The notes beneath the pieces were generated by a model. The model was not told the DNA's origin. It saw only the letters and a program-made list of their open reading frames with translations, and searched no databases. 64,000 nt of DNA, from contig OZ038378.1 of assembly GCA_964036045.1 (NCBI GenBank), positions 179,180,001 through 179,244,000 on the forward strand. The letters run 5' to 3'. Below, one piece after another: positions 13,261 to 24,640 of the stretch (position 1 is the stretch's first letter; each line of letters begins with the position of its first letter). This stretch comes from Eutreptiella sp. 'Long Island Sound 2002'. Its lineage: Eukaryota; Protista; Euglenida. The translations under genes were made by a program, and so were the position numbers.

Positions 13261-15190
13261 CCCAGGGCCAGAGGCTTACGGATCACGAAATGTTACCCAT
13301 CAGCGGTGGGTGCACAGCCTTTCCGGGCATTTCGCCTTTGAGGAAAAGCATAGGTGGGTTGGCAATGTGGTTGCGTTGTGTGTGGTTATTTGTGCAGGGA
13401 GGGTCAAAAAAAATCAAGGAAGAGCTGGCAGTAGCTTGTGAGGTTGCCAGGCGTGACTCACAGTGATGCCATTGTATCTTCGGGTATGCGTTTGGCCCTG
13501 CAGTGGGGCCTAGCTTCCTGCGGTGCCTGCACACCAATGTGCCGTCAGGGGTGGCTGGAGGTTGTCACAAGTGACCACGGCTGGTCAAATTTGGTCATAT
13601 TTGATTAAATGCGGTCTGGGGTGATCAACGTCAAAGTACTGAAACCTGCCTTCCCGACACCTTTGTCCAGCCACTTCCGCTGCACTTGCTGCGCTTCCAG
13701 CAAGAGCCACAGCCGTTGCAATCCACTCCAGTATCCTGCCTATCGAACTGCCACACCTCGACGGCTTCTGAGGCGCACTCGCTCCGATTTCGTACCGAGG
13801 CGCGTGGAGCATCCAGTCATTAGTGGCCGCAAACGGATCCCAAAAGAACACCTGGCGGCACGCATGCGCACGAGGGCACAAGAGCACCGCTCTGGGCACG
13901 GAAGCACGTAAACACGCACGAGTACCGACGCGTATTACGGAACATGACCGTTGGATGTCCTTAGGAAATGAGTGCACGGACGCACACCCTAGTTGTCAAA
14001 TGCGTGTTGAAGACACGCTTGGGTTGTGGCAAGCAGTCCTTCGACAGCTGGGCACCCGTCCCTCGCCCTCTTTGGACCCTCAGACATGTGGTCTTGCTGT
14101 ATTCATGCACACGTGCACACATGACGTCTTGGCTATTCCCAGCCAACTATTAATTTTGCGGCAACGCACTGACTCAACAGTGCATTTAGTGGCCATCGAC
14201 GACAGGTGTGGGTTGGTTGCCAAAAAGGCTTATGAGGGGGGGAGGGGGTTGCCATAAAGGCCGAGTAAGGGTGCCCGTTGCTACTTCCGGATGTACGCAC
14301 TGGTTGGTGCGTTCAGAAAGAAATTGGTGACTTTGCTTGTCCCAAGCCACCGAGGAAATATTTTCAATGGGTTTGCCAACACCCCTCGGTTCGCTCGGTC
14401 GTCTGTACCTTGGTTGTTTTCCCGTTTGTGCAGTGTGCCAGCGGCAACGGAATGTAGACGAGAAAATTTTCAATGTGTTGGGGGAGACTTTGTGTGAAGC
14501 ATGCTGGCGCCAGCATGGGAGGGACGCCAGGGCGCCAGAAATTGCACCAGCAGAGGGACAACTGTCCCACGCTCCTGCAGCTTGTGGGACGTATCCATGC
14601 AAGACCCTTGAATGTGTACTGTGATTCAGTCCAGCACAAGCCTGAACTGAACCACGCGATGGAACGCACACGACGCAGCCCGTGGAGCTGTATGACCCAT
14701 GCGCTTCCCAGTCCCCTTTGTTCATCGGGCACAACTGACTGACGAACATAGAAAGCACGAAACCAATGCCCTGACCCAACCCTGCTTGCGCTGACGCCAC
14801 CAATTTTGTCCCGCACAACAGGCATGCCGCTGCATACCGAATAATGCAAATCCCGGTTGTCATGATACCACTCCCCGGCTTCCCCCGTAATGTACGAATA
14901 CGTCGCATGTCCCAACAAAGGGGCCGTCTCGCGCTCATTCCGCCGGACCACCGGCTCTGAGATGGAACGCGCAACTTCCGAGCCGCTGCGACCTACGTAA
15001 GGGAACCGAAAGTGCCAAAAAGTGCGACTATAGTGCTGGTCCGCGGTGCCCTCCACTCCCCGCACTCGACTATGCAATGCCCAACACCATGTGGTTTAAG
15101 GTGGCGTGCCCTTCCTTCTGCCAGCCGCACCCGACCTTGGCGATGTGCCCGCACACCACTCCGCTTCTCCTCCGATGCACTAGCTCATAC

Positions 15191-15560
15191 CACTAGTGAC
15201 ACTCCGATTCTCCCAATCCGCATTGGTGGGGGAGTCGAGTGGCGATCGAGATCGAAATCCCGTGAGCACACCCCGATTGTCTCGGTCCATGGGCATTGGG
15301 GACATGGGGCCTAGGCTCATGGGGATGGACATGGGGGATTTTGGCACCGGGATTCGCTTGTCGGGGGCCGAGGTGGGCGATCCGGAATCGGCGGTTGAGC
15401 CGTAAGCTCTCGCGGATCTGTGCGCAAAAAGGAGGACCAAAAATGCCGTGTCTGGGGTTTTGTCCGGGCCCTTGCTCTCACCCAACGTGCACTTCACAAG
15501 TCGCAAAGTGTGTGTATTCCACAACAAGCCACCTTTGGGGGCCGAGCGCCCATCGCCCAT
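15191..15560 (-). CDS. Candidate N-terminal exon(s) of the POT transporter (Ser/Pro-rich cytosolic tail)
   Basis: Open frame MGDGRSAP...ARAYGSTADSGSPTSAPDKRIPVPKSPMSIPM...VTS(G). It has a pyrimidine tract plus CAG acceptor before 15417 and a GTATGA donor after 15191. Its phase (1) does not match the acceptor at 12933 (2), so an extra exon or an alternative acceptor is needed. Confidence 0.4.
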
Positions 15561-15891
15561 CGAAAAACATGAAGGACAAAAGGGGATTCCGCCCGCTACC
15601 GAGCCACCACCGTGGCCGTCACCTCGTCCTCACACGACGCATCCCAAAGCCACCCAACCGCAAACCCCCGGAGGGACATGACGAACCCCACATCAAAGAA
15701 GGGGTCGAAATCCAATGCAAAATCGATTATTATTATCATCTCAATTCATTGTGACGTATGCCCACCGAAATATTTTGTGCGTCACGAGGAAAATTGTTGT
15801 TTTCTTGGAAAGCACAAAAGTTTAGGACCCACGTGTCGACAATGGCTCATGTTTTGCATGACTTGCAAATCCTTTTTCGGCGATACATTAT

Positions 15892-17001
15892 GTGGGCCAT
15901 TACATAACGTTTGTGCGGTTTGCTTTGGTGCCCGCCTCTCGGGGAACGTGTGAACCCGTGAGTCTTTTCGGAGTCAAGATAAATGCGCAATTTTCTTGGC
16001 TCGTGGTCCATTACGACCCCTTCATACACCACTCGCTGAGGAACAACACCGCCACTTACAAAAGCACGCTCAGCACCATGGTGCACGACTTATCAAATGA
16101 TTATGAAAATGGCGCACACCGAACATGGCGAATTTTGTACAAAATGGAAAAAAAATTGGACGAGATATAGATTCCCATATTCGAAGGTTGCACGGTTCTT
16201 CGATCAACCTTTTTTAAAAACGGAAAATTTTCAATTGATGCTCAAAGACAATACGAAGCACAACCGACCACATTTCATCGAACAAAAAAACCCACATTAA
16301 CGTTGAGACAAAAAAGCCCTCACATTTCAAAGAGTAATGCAAAATCGGACTTGAAATCGTAGTAGTCCACCAAAGTGTTGCATAAACGACATGCCGGGGT
16401 AGAATTCAAGGTACGTGATTGTGTTTTAAGATCCACTTCGGTCCGTAGGATTTTGCTCGTTTTTGGTCTCCGAGTGACGGCATTGGTTCTCATCTTTGAA
16501 CCCGTGACAACCACGTCCCTGCATGAGGTATCATTCCCAATCGTGCAACAATTGTTCATGGTCACAAAGGGGAATTAATCGTTCAACAACATGCCAAACT
16601 TGGTCAACAAAATAGAAAGGCTACAAAACCGTGAGCACTAGCTTTCCGCATCTGCCAACTTACGAGGCAATCCTTTCCCCAAACGAACGAATGAAGCGCA
16701 TGCCACCAATTGTCCAATCACAAAAACCGAAATGGATGAACGGACGAAGAAAGAGTTCTCACCTCATTTGAAGCGTTGGAACGTGTTTAACGTCAATACC
16801 CCGCTGCACTTGGACCTCGCAAATTCAGCAAACCCGAATTGTCTTAAATTCATCCTTTACCAACCAAAGTGCCGCAAAGCGAAACACGCTTTGCACTACC
16901 CGAGAAAGACTTGCTTTCCACGGAAAGCAATGTCCTATGCAATTAAGGGGTCTCGAGTGGGAGATACCATGGATATGCTTTTGAATGGATGCGACGTGTG
17001 A
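15892..17001 (+). pseudogene. AT-rich, stop-depleted reading frame; possible decayed gene with weak PIG-S (GPI transamidase)-like motifs
   Basis: One frame runs 370 codons with only 5 internal stops (16168, 16360, 16363, 16576, 16639). GKFSIDAQRQYEA (16222-16260) and LKFILYQP (16843-16866) resemble remembered PIG-S segments GNFSVDSQILYYA and LNFLLYVP. By-eye similarity only. Confidence 0.3.
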
Positions 17002-20000
17002 TGACGGGTTCGTGCCAATTGATTTTGAGGTAAAATAAATGGCTTTCTTGTGTTGCGTTCGTTCCGACGCTTATGAGGACGGACGTGCATTACATCACAC
17101 AGGATGGGCGTGTGATCACGAAATGTTCATATCATGTTGCAAAATTACCATGGGGTCCGGGGGCATGCACAATGAGGAGGGTCTCCGCTTATACCAAAAT
17201 GACCGACGACATAAAACGCGCCCGTTGTTTGCAACAAATTTACTCTCCGGCTTGTGTTATTGAGACGTGGTTGTGTCATGCGTTAAGGCAAGCGAGGGGC
17301 ATATACAAGTCAATTATGTTGTCGGGCTAGCACCACAAAACACACACCTTGAAGGCCATGATACCTTAATGGCCCCACTCATAGAATTGATTTGGCCCCG
17401 TTTGCCAACCTATGTGAAAGCAATGAGAGTGTGAAATTCAAGGACACGGTGTAAGCGCCAAATGTACTGTATAATTGATCTAAACGTCAGTGTGGAAGAA
17501 ATTGTTGGTCAATATTCAAACACAGTGCTTCATTGGGTTGGTCGTGATAAGAATAACACACGGCGCCCACATTGTAAAGCATCAAAACAACGTATTGTGT
17601 AGATTGTGTGTTCATTCCCATCTCTTCATTTCATTCCGTGACAGAATGGTCAGTCGCGGCGCTGATGTCGCGACATCCGTAAGTTGTTTGGAAAGCATTT
17701 TTTAGGGCTTGATGCTACCCCCTTGAAAAAAAACCGCCTTATGCCGCCCATGCAACTTTTGTTTGCTACAAAATGTTGTGTGTCAAGGCAAATCTCGCGC
17801 ACTGCAATACCCAACATATGTTCGCCGCTTTGTGTAAGACATGGTTACACGTGAGCATCTACAGAGTGCAGCACTGATCGATCCCTCCGTCGGAGCAAGC
17901 GTGGAAAAGGCGATCGCCCCCAAAATCGATCGGTGAATCCCCCGAATCCCCACACAAATAGACCTAGCCCTAACCCAACTTCGAATCGGGAGGCTACTTA
18001 CCCGAACAACAGCGGGTTGGCGGACTCAGAACTTGTTCCGTGGCTATTATTGTGGTTGACAACGGGCATGGTGCAATCGCGGCAGCACTTCTAGGGCAAG
18101 ACCTTTGCGGCGCAAGTAGGGATGACACTTGGATTTTCTTGTCGGGTTCATCGGCCGCAAAACTGACGTCTTGGTCGCGTTGGGCGTTGGTTGCACTTGC
18201 ATTGCGCGGCTAGCCGGAGGCACAATGTTGCACCTCCTGTGCCCGCTGCTCGGAAGTCCCCCCACTGATGAGGATGTAAGTGGAGTGCAACGTAGATGTA
18301 GTACGTGAGTGAGTGAGTACAAAGTTAGGATAATGATCGTGCAAGAATTCTTTTTTCCTGTTCATCGGCGCGAGGAGAAATGAACAGAGCGTCATACAAC
18401 GTATGCCAATAATGGTAAGGTAACCACGTGCCCAACATGTGTGTGCATCACGTTTTGTGCAAGACATGGAACCAAGATGAGCGTGTTATCTATGCTTCAC
18501 ACCCGTATCACAGAAATGTGTTACAACATTGTGGCTTTTTTTTAGCACTTGCTCGCGTGCTTGCAGCCTTTTGCCACCTGACGAGTGTATACGGGTACCT
18601 TGAGTGCCTTCATTTCTGATAATCTGGCATATGGACCCACAGCAAAATCGCAATAGTTCTAATTTGTGATTGCCCCCAATGAAGTCGACTGCCAAGACCA
18701 CATGCATACTTTCCAAGTGTCACCATCAAAAAATGAAAAGGCGTTTGTACCGGGTGGTTACAAGAAATTGTCCTAAGATTCGGCTCCTTCTATTGGATGT
18801 TGTGCACTTGGCCTCGCCCAACAGTAGTGCACCTAGTTTCATGTGCCACGTACAATCCTCCGCCAACAAGTCCTCAACCAATGGCATTTGCACTTGTTGG
18901 TCTCAATATGCCACCTCAATTCTTAGTGTTTTGAGGGGCCGCTGCGTTAGCTCAAACATTGCCACATGTTGTACCCTTTTGGAATAAACGGGACAAACGA
19001 GTCAAAACTTTCCACGTTGCAAGTCCACACCACACCGCAACTGGCAAACAAGGGCAAGGAGTGGCTGACACTCCCTCTCCAACGAGGCGCGATGCCCACA
19101 AAAATGTGACCCGCTTAAGCAAGGAATAAGATGAAATGCACAAGAAGAGGCGTTGGGTTGGCGAGTTTGAAACTCGCCGTCCTCGTCGTCTTAACAATTC
19201 AATGATGCTATTGATGTAATTGGTGGCGGTATGTTCAAACATGGCTCTCGGTAGTTTGACAAACAACATTGATGGTTAAATGAGGAGCCTTTGTGAAGTC
19301 GATTCATGCATCGTAGTGGTGCATTCATGGCGCCTCAGCACACAACCCATACCGTGGGATTTTGTCAAACGTGCAAAAAAACTTACATTCAATCTTGCAT
19401 GTACACAATCAAGCACTGCAAGCGCTAGGCCCATTTTTTGGGGTCATGGACTCTTGAGTTTCTGTCGCCTCTCACCGACACGGTGAGGTAGATAGCGGTA
19501 GTCCTAGGTGATGCACCGCTTGACGCATGTTGTCCCTCTCTTGTGTGACCCTACTGAGCCTCTAATGACAAGGGTTCCGTGGGCCCCGCTTCACAAGATG
19601 TTACCTCCCCAACGTTCTCCAATCCCTAGCATTTCCGTCGAGGAAATGAGAAAATGCGTCGTTCATGGCTCCAAACCCAACGGTCTACCAAATGCAATGT
19701 TGCCGAAGGCATAGGACGGTGTTGGTGGAGGCAAACCCTCAAGGGCATCCACCACCGTGCCCAAGCGTAGCGTTCGTGCGATACTCCCACTCAGCCATGT
19801 TGTACATTCTTCAGTTTCTCACGTTTTGCTTCATTGAGTTGTTGCACCTTGCACCTTGCACCTTGCACCTTGCACCTTGCACCGTTGCATTGAACCTCGA
19901 GTTGTCATGGCCTGAGCGGGGTTTGCTCTTTTTTCATCTTTGATTTGTCGCATTTGTACTAAGGTACATCTTGGCGGTGTCAATTTGGAATTGTGGACAG

Positions 20001-20365
20001 ATATGATTGGGAAGACTGCCATATGCTTGCTCTAAGCTAACACCCTTGTTTGATTGAAGGTGTATGGATGTGTGCATGTTCAACGATGAAGGTATTGCGA
20101 ATGTGTGCATCCAAAGAAAACGAAAAGTGGGTGAGAAGGTACGATAGGTGCAGGCATTCCGGAGTTTAGGTGACCAAATGACAACCGGGCATAGTTTTGT
20201 ACTCGCCTTCCGCAACCTCTTATGCATTTGTGAGTAGCTTTCTTGCTTTCGTCGTCCCCGAGGTCTTGGCCACTCATCCTCTAGCACCCATCAATGGATA
20301 TCATCCGCATCAGTCTTCGGCAACCTTTGCTTTGTTCAGGCACATTTCTTCATTTGTGTGTCACA

Positions 20366-23300
20366 ATGCCGTTTGGGTGGTTTCATAAAAAAGAAGAGAA
20401 GTTCGACAAGTTCAAGTTGAAGTCATCATTGAAGATGGCGGTATGTGGGCTGTGACCAATTCTTGTGGCCCACCGTTGCATCCGTTGTCAACAACCTATT
20501 GCCATAGTGCGAGCGGGGGATCCCCCTATGCCCCTCGGGCCCCAAAACAAAAAACAATTTGTCGGTCATGCAAGGGCACGAATGCGACCGGGGGCGCAAC
20601 TTCGAAGAGGGAATTTGTATTCGTATTCCTGCAACTATTTTGTTAAGTCGAGGGGCTACTTCTTTAGATCAAGGGGAGGGAGTGGCGCACCTCAGCAACT
20701 TGTGATTGGATTTGGCTTGGCGTCGGTTTCCCGCCGTTTTAATGAACGAGTAGACTTCACACACGTTCCAATCTCATCCTTGGCATGGGCTCCCCTCCTC
20801 CGTGCAGGTCACGCGGCTGCAGATGCAAAAGAACAAGAAGGAGAATGCCATCAAAGTACAACGCAGGGAAATCGCCGGGCTTTTGCAAAACGGCAAGTAC
20901 GAGAGCGCGCGCATCAAAGTGGAGACTTTGATCCGGGTATGATTGCTGCTGCGTGCGTGCGTGCGGCTTGCTCAATGGGGGTTGCATGGGCTAGCCACCA
21001 AGGGAAGGGTGGGGCGTTTGCTTGCTACGATGGACCACGATGGACAGGATTTGGGCACATGGAGGGGTGGCGCAGGGGGGGGGACTTCGCCATGGGACAT
21101 GTTCGCGGGGGAAACTTCGCCTTTCAGATGGTGACGAAATTTTCCCCGCGGAATTTTTTTTGCGCAGTTTCATAGTTGATTGACAGTGACAGTGGCAGGT
21201 TGTCCTTGCTTGTCCCATCTCGGGCTCTCTCTGATGGTTTGCTTCGCTCTGGTTTTTTTTTGTGTTGCGTTGGGTCAGTTCTAGTGATGGCCTCCAGTCA
21301 GTCATGCTTGCTTGCTTGTGAGTGAGTGGTCGTTGTCAGAGAGATTGGGGGGCTGTCAGAGAAACATGGGCACTCGAGCTAGAGCTCCTTCAGTATGGAG
21401 ATCCAACTTGGGTCTTGCTCTTTTTTGGGTCTCTGTTGAGTTGGTATTGTTCAAAATTTGGAACTGCCAAAGTAGCACATACCTGATTGTCCACACGGAA
21501 CCAAGTGCTGGGGGTGTGACGAAATTTTCCCCAAAACAAATTTTCCCCTCCGGTGTCCGATGGCCGTGCACCAAAATTGGAGGTGTGACGAAGTTTTCCC
21601 CTGATAAAGTTTCCCCCGTCGAAGTTGTCCCCAGGCGAAGTCCCCCCCCCCCCTGTTTACCGCGATTTGCTTCACTCTTTGGATTCCTAGGATGAGTATG
21701 TGATCGAGGCGTTCGAGTTGGTCACGTTGTTTTGTGAGCTGTTGTCAACGCGGTTGCAGTTACTGGTGGAGACTCGAAGCTGTCCACCAGATATGAAGGA
21801 AGGTGTCTTCGCCTCTGTGTCGGGCTCACCAACCTCGTGCAACCGCACTCGTGCTGGGCCAACCAACAGCTGGGCTCAAATTCCGGCCTGCTCATGTTGA
21901 AGGGAGGACGTCATGGTGATCCAGTCTTCCCCTCACCAGGTGAACGTATGATGATATCAGGCTTTCTGGCGTGTTGGAGCTGCCACAGGCAGCGGGGCCA
22001 CCGCTGCGCGCCGTTCTCGTTGCTCCGCAATCTCAATCTGATGCTGTCAACGCCAGAAGTCCATGCACTGCACCCGATGTCTCATGGAAAATATTTTACC
22101 CTTGAAAGGCAATGAGCGGCGTCCTGGTAGGTGCCCCAGTAAGGGCTTGGTAGAGGCCTTCGTGTGGACTGGGCGCATCTCAAGATAGGCTGGGTTAACT
22201 AATCCGCATGACAATTTGCTGCATTATCCTCTTTTCGTGTGACTGCAGCCGTGAACCACGGGACGTAATTTTTTTTTTTTGACAGAGGCGAAACTGTCAC
22301 AGGACGCACGCATGCATGCAAGTTCAGAACTTCACAGGGGCCGAATTGGTGCTTGCGGGCCTGTGGGCACAGACGAATTCATACCATCATCACAGGCGAT
22401 TTTTGCACATCGCGACAAAATCGCGATGTTTCGGGCCAAGTCGGTATGGCAACCACTGGGGGCGTTCAGGGGGAGGGGCATACCCCCCCTTCCCCTCCTT
22501 CTGGACCCAGGCCCCCAAGGCTACATCCGTGGGGAGCACTTTTTGTGCTTCTAACATTACTCCTAACAACAGACAGCAGACAAAACCTGGGCCCAGTCTT
22601 TTCCATGGATCTTTCCAAATGGATTGATTTGGCTGAAAACCAGCCTTTGAAGCCCGCCATGGACACCATATGGCTCCCCGTGGGTTTATTTGCAACCCCA
22701 TTGTCACCAAATGATGACCCAAGCCTGGCCCGAGGCACCCCAAGGGTCGTCAGGGATTGCCCAAAACAACGCAATTGTTCAGCCAACCCATGCCCGCGGC
22801 CTGAAAACGGTCAAGTCCTCACCGTTGGGACCCTACACCAGAAGATAGAGCCTGCCCCCCCCCCCCCCTCCCCCTCCCCGCGCCATTCGTTCGGGAGTCC
22901 AAAGAGAAGAAATACGTTGCCTGGGTGCTGGGTCTGGATCAACGCGTAGTGGCTGCAATAGGCCAACCAAGGTTTATTCACCATGGTGCAGAACATTTCG
23001 GGCGTCTCCTGCCCCCCCCCCCCCCACTATGGTGCATTTGTTACCCCCACTTATCTGCAGCCAAATGCTCAGACTAATGGGGAGTTCACACTTGCCAACA
23101 TAACAGCCGAATTTTGTTTACCCCCCGCATGATGGCAACTGAATACGCCCCACAGCCGCCTGTTGGCACAGGTCAGCAGGGGGCAGTGACAGGGCAGGCG
23201 TGCTGCATCGTGATTTGCAGGACCCAAACACTCATGCAGTCGTTGTGAGCTCGAGGCTGATCCTCACAATGGGTGGGTTTGTAGGCGCCAACAGTTCCAT

Positions 23301-24607
23301 CGGACGAGATGTCCCGTTCCCCAAACCTTTCGAGCCACGCATGTGAGACCTCCAAACACAAGACGTTGTTCGGACCGCACAGATAGTTCCGTTGGGGCAC
23401 AGCCAGGGGAGATGCAGGGCGATAAGGTGGAGGGATATCCCAGTAGGCGCCACCAGGGGTCCGTAATACCATGGGTGATTGGTTGGAACGTGGTCGGAAC
23501 AAATGGTTGCAAAGATCTGGCAGATGTCTGGCCATGCGGAGTTAATCAATTTCTGTGCTCAGGAGTCCATACGCTGATTTGGACGGCCCCAAGAATTGAG
23601 AACATTCCGGAGCTGCTCGTCATCCGAGAGCAATTGGCGCGAAAGTATGGGGTCGAATTTGCACATGCGGCTGGGGACAATGCCGAGATGGTGGTGAATC
23701 AAAAGGTGTCGCAACCCTGTGCTGGGCTGAGGTGCGGGTGGTTGATCTGCGACAGATTTGGGGAACCCAGTAACAGCGCCAACACAGAGCAAGTTGACAG
23801 TGTTTCCGTCAGAATGGCTCGATATAGGCCTGACTGGGTGAAGAAGGAGAAGCCTGCTCCCAGCAGCCTTTGTGCAAGCACCCAGATCGCGTCCACAGCT
23901 GAGGTCACCGCTTTTCACGCCAAGTTAGAGATCGAAAACAAGTCCGGCAAGGTTTTTTGGGTAGCTGCCTGGATGTCGACCTGGATGAACAGTGAAACAT
24001 GCGAGGAGACAGAAATACCCTCGAAAGAGGGGGCACAAGGGTTCATATATTGTGCAGTACGGGTTGCTCGACAAGAATTCGCAAAACGCAAATCATGCAT
24101 GAACAGGTGCCGGCTAAGCAGGTCGGAATGCCAGAATCAGGAGGGGGAGTGACCCAATGGAGTTGTGAAGTCCCCCATGAGCACGTCATATTTGTGGGAG
24201 CCCATGAAGGCAGCCTGCCACTTCTTCGTTTCGGAGGTCGTAGTTGAGGCCCTTGACTCTGGACCGTCCCATGAAGTGCAGTGTGAACGAGGAGCAACCG
24301 TCACATGCTCCTGGCGCTGCTCCTGCTCCTGCTCCTCCTCCTGCTGCTACTGCTGCTGCTGCTGCAGATAGTGCTGCTGCTGATGATGGTGTTCCTCACT
24401 GCCTGATTCTGCAGGTGCTGTACAGGCTGTCGTTGCTTGTCCCGGAGCCGTATTTGTGTGCACAACACCTCAAAGGCATTGCCGAGCAGTTTGACGTCGA
24501 TTGGGACGAAAGTGACGCGGCTTTGAACCTTCCGGTGGCTGGACTCGGGGCTGGAATAGGTGCACATTTGTGTGTCTTTGACTGTCTGTCTGTCTGTCTG
24601 CCTCCCT

Positions 24608-24640
<33 letters not shown>

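Noticed and set aside
13640-13800. Minus-strand CNGCGSCWKRSKCSGSG, a DnaJ-like zinc-finger pattern (similar CAECKGNG at about 25290-25360 on the plus strand)
   Set aside because: Short, stop-bounded intronic frames with no supporting exon structure; compatible with chance in Cys/Gly-rich sequence.
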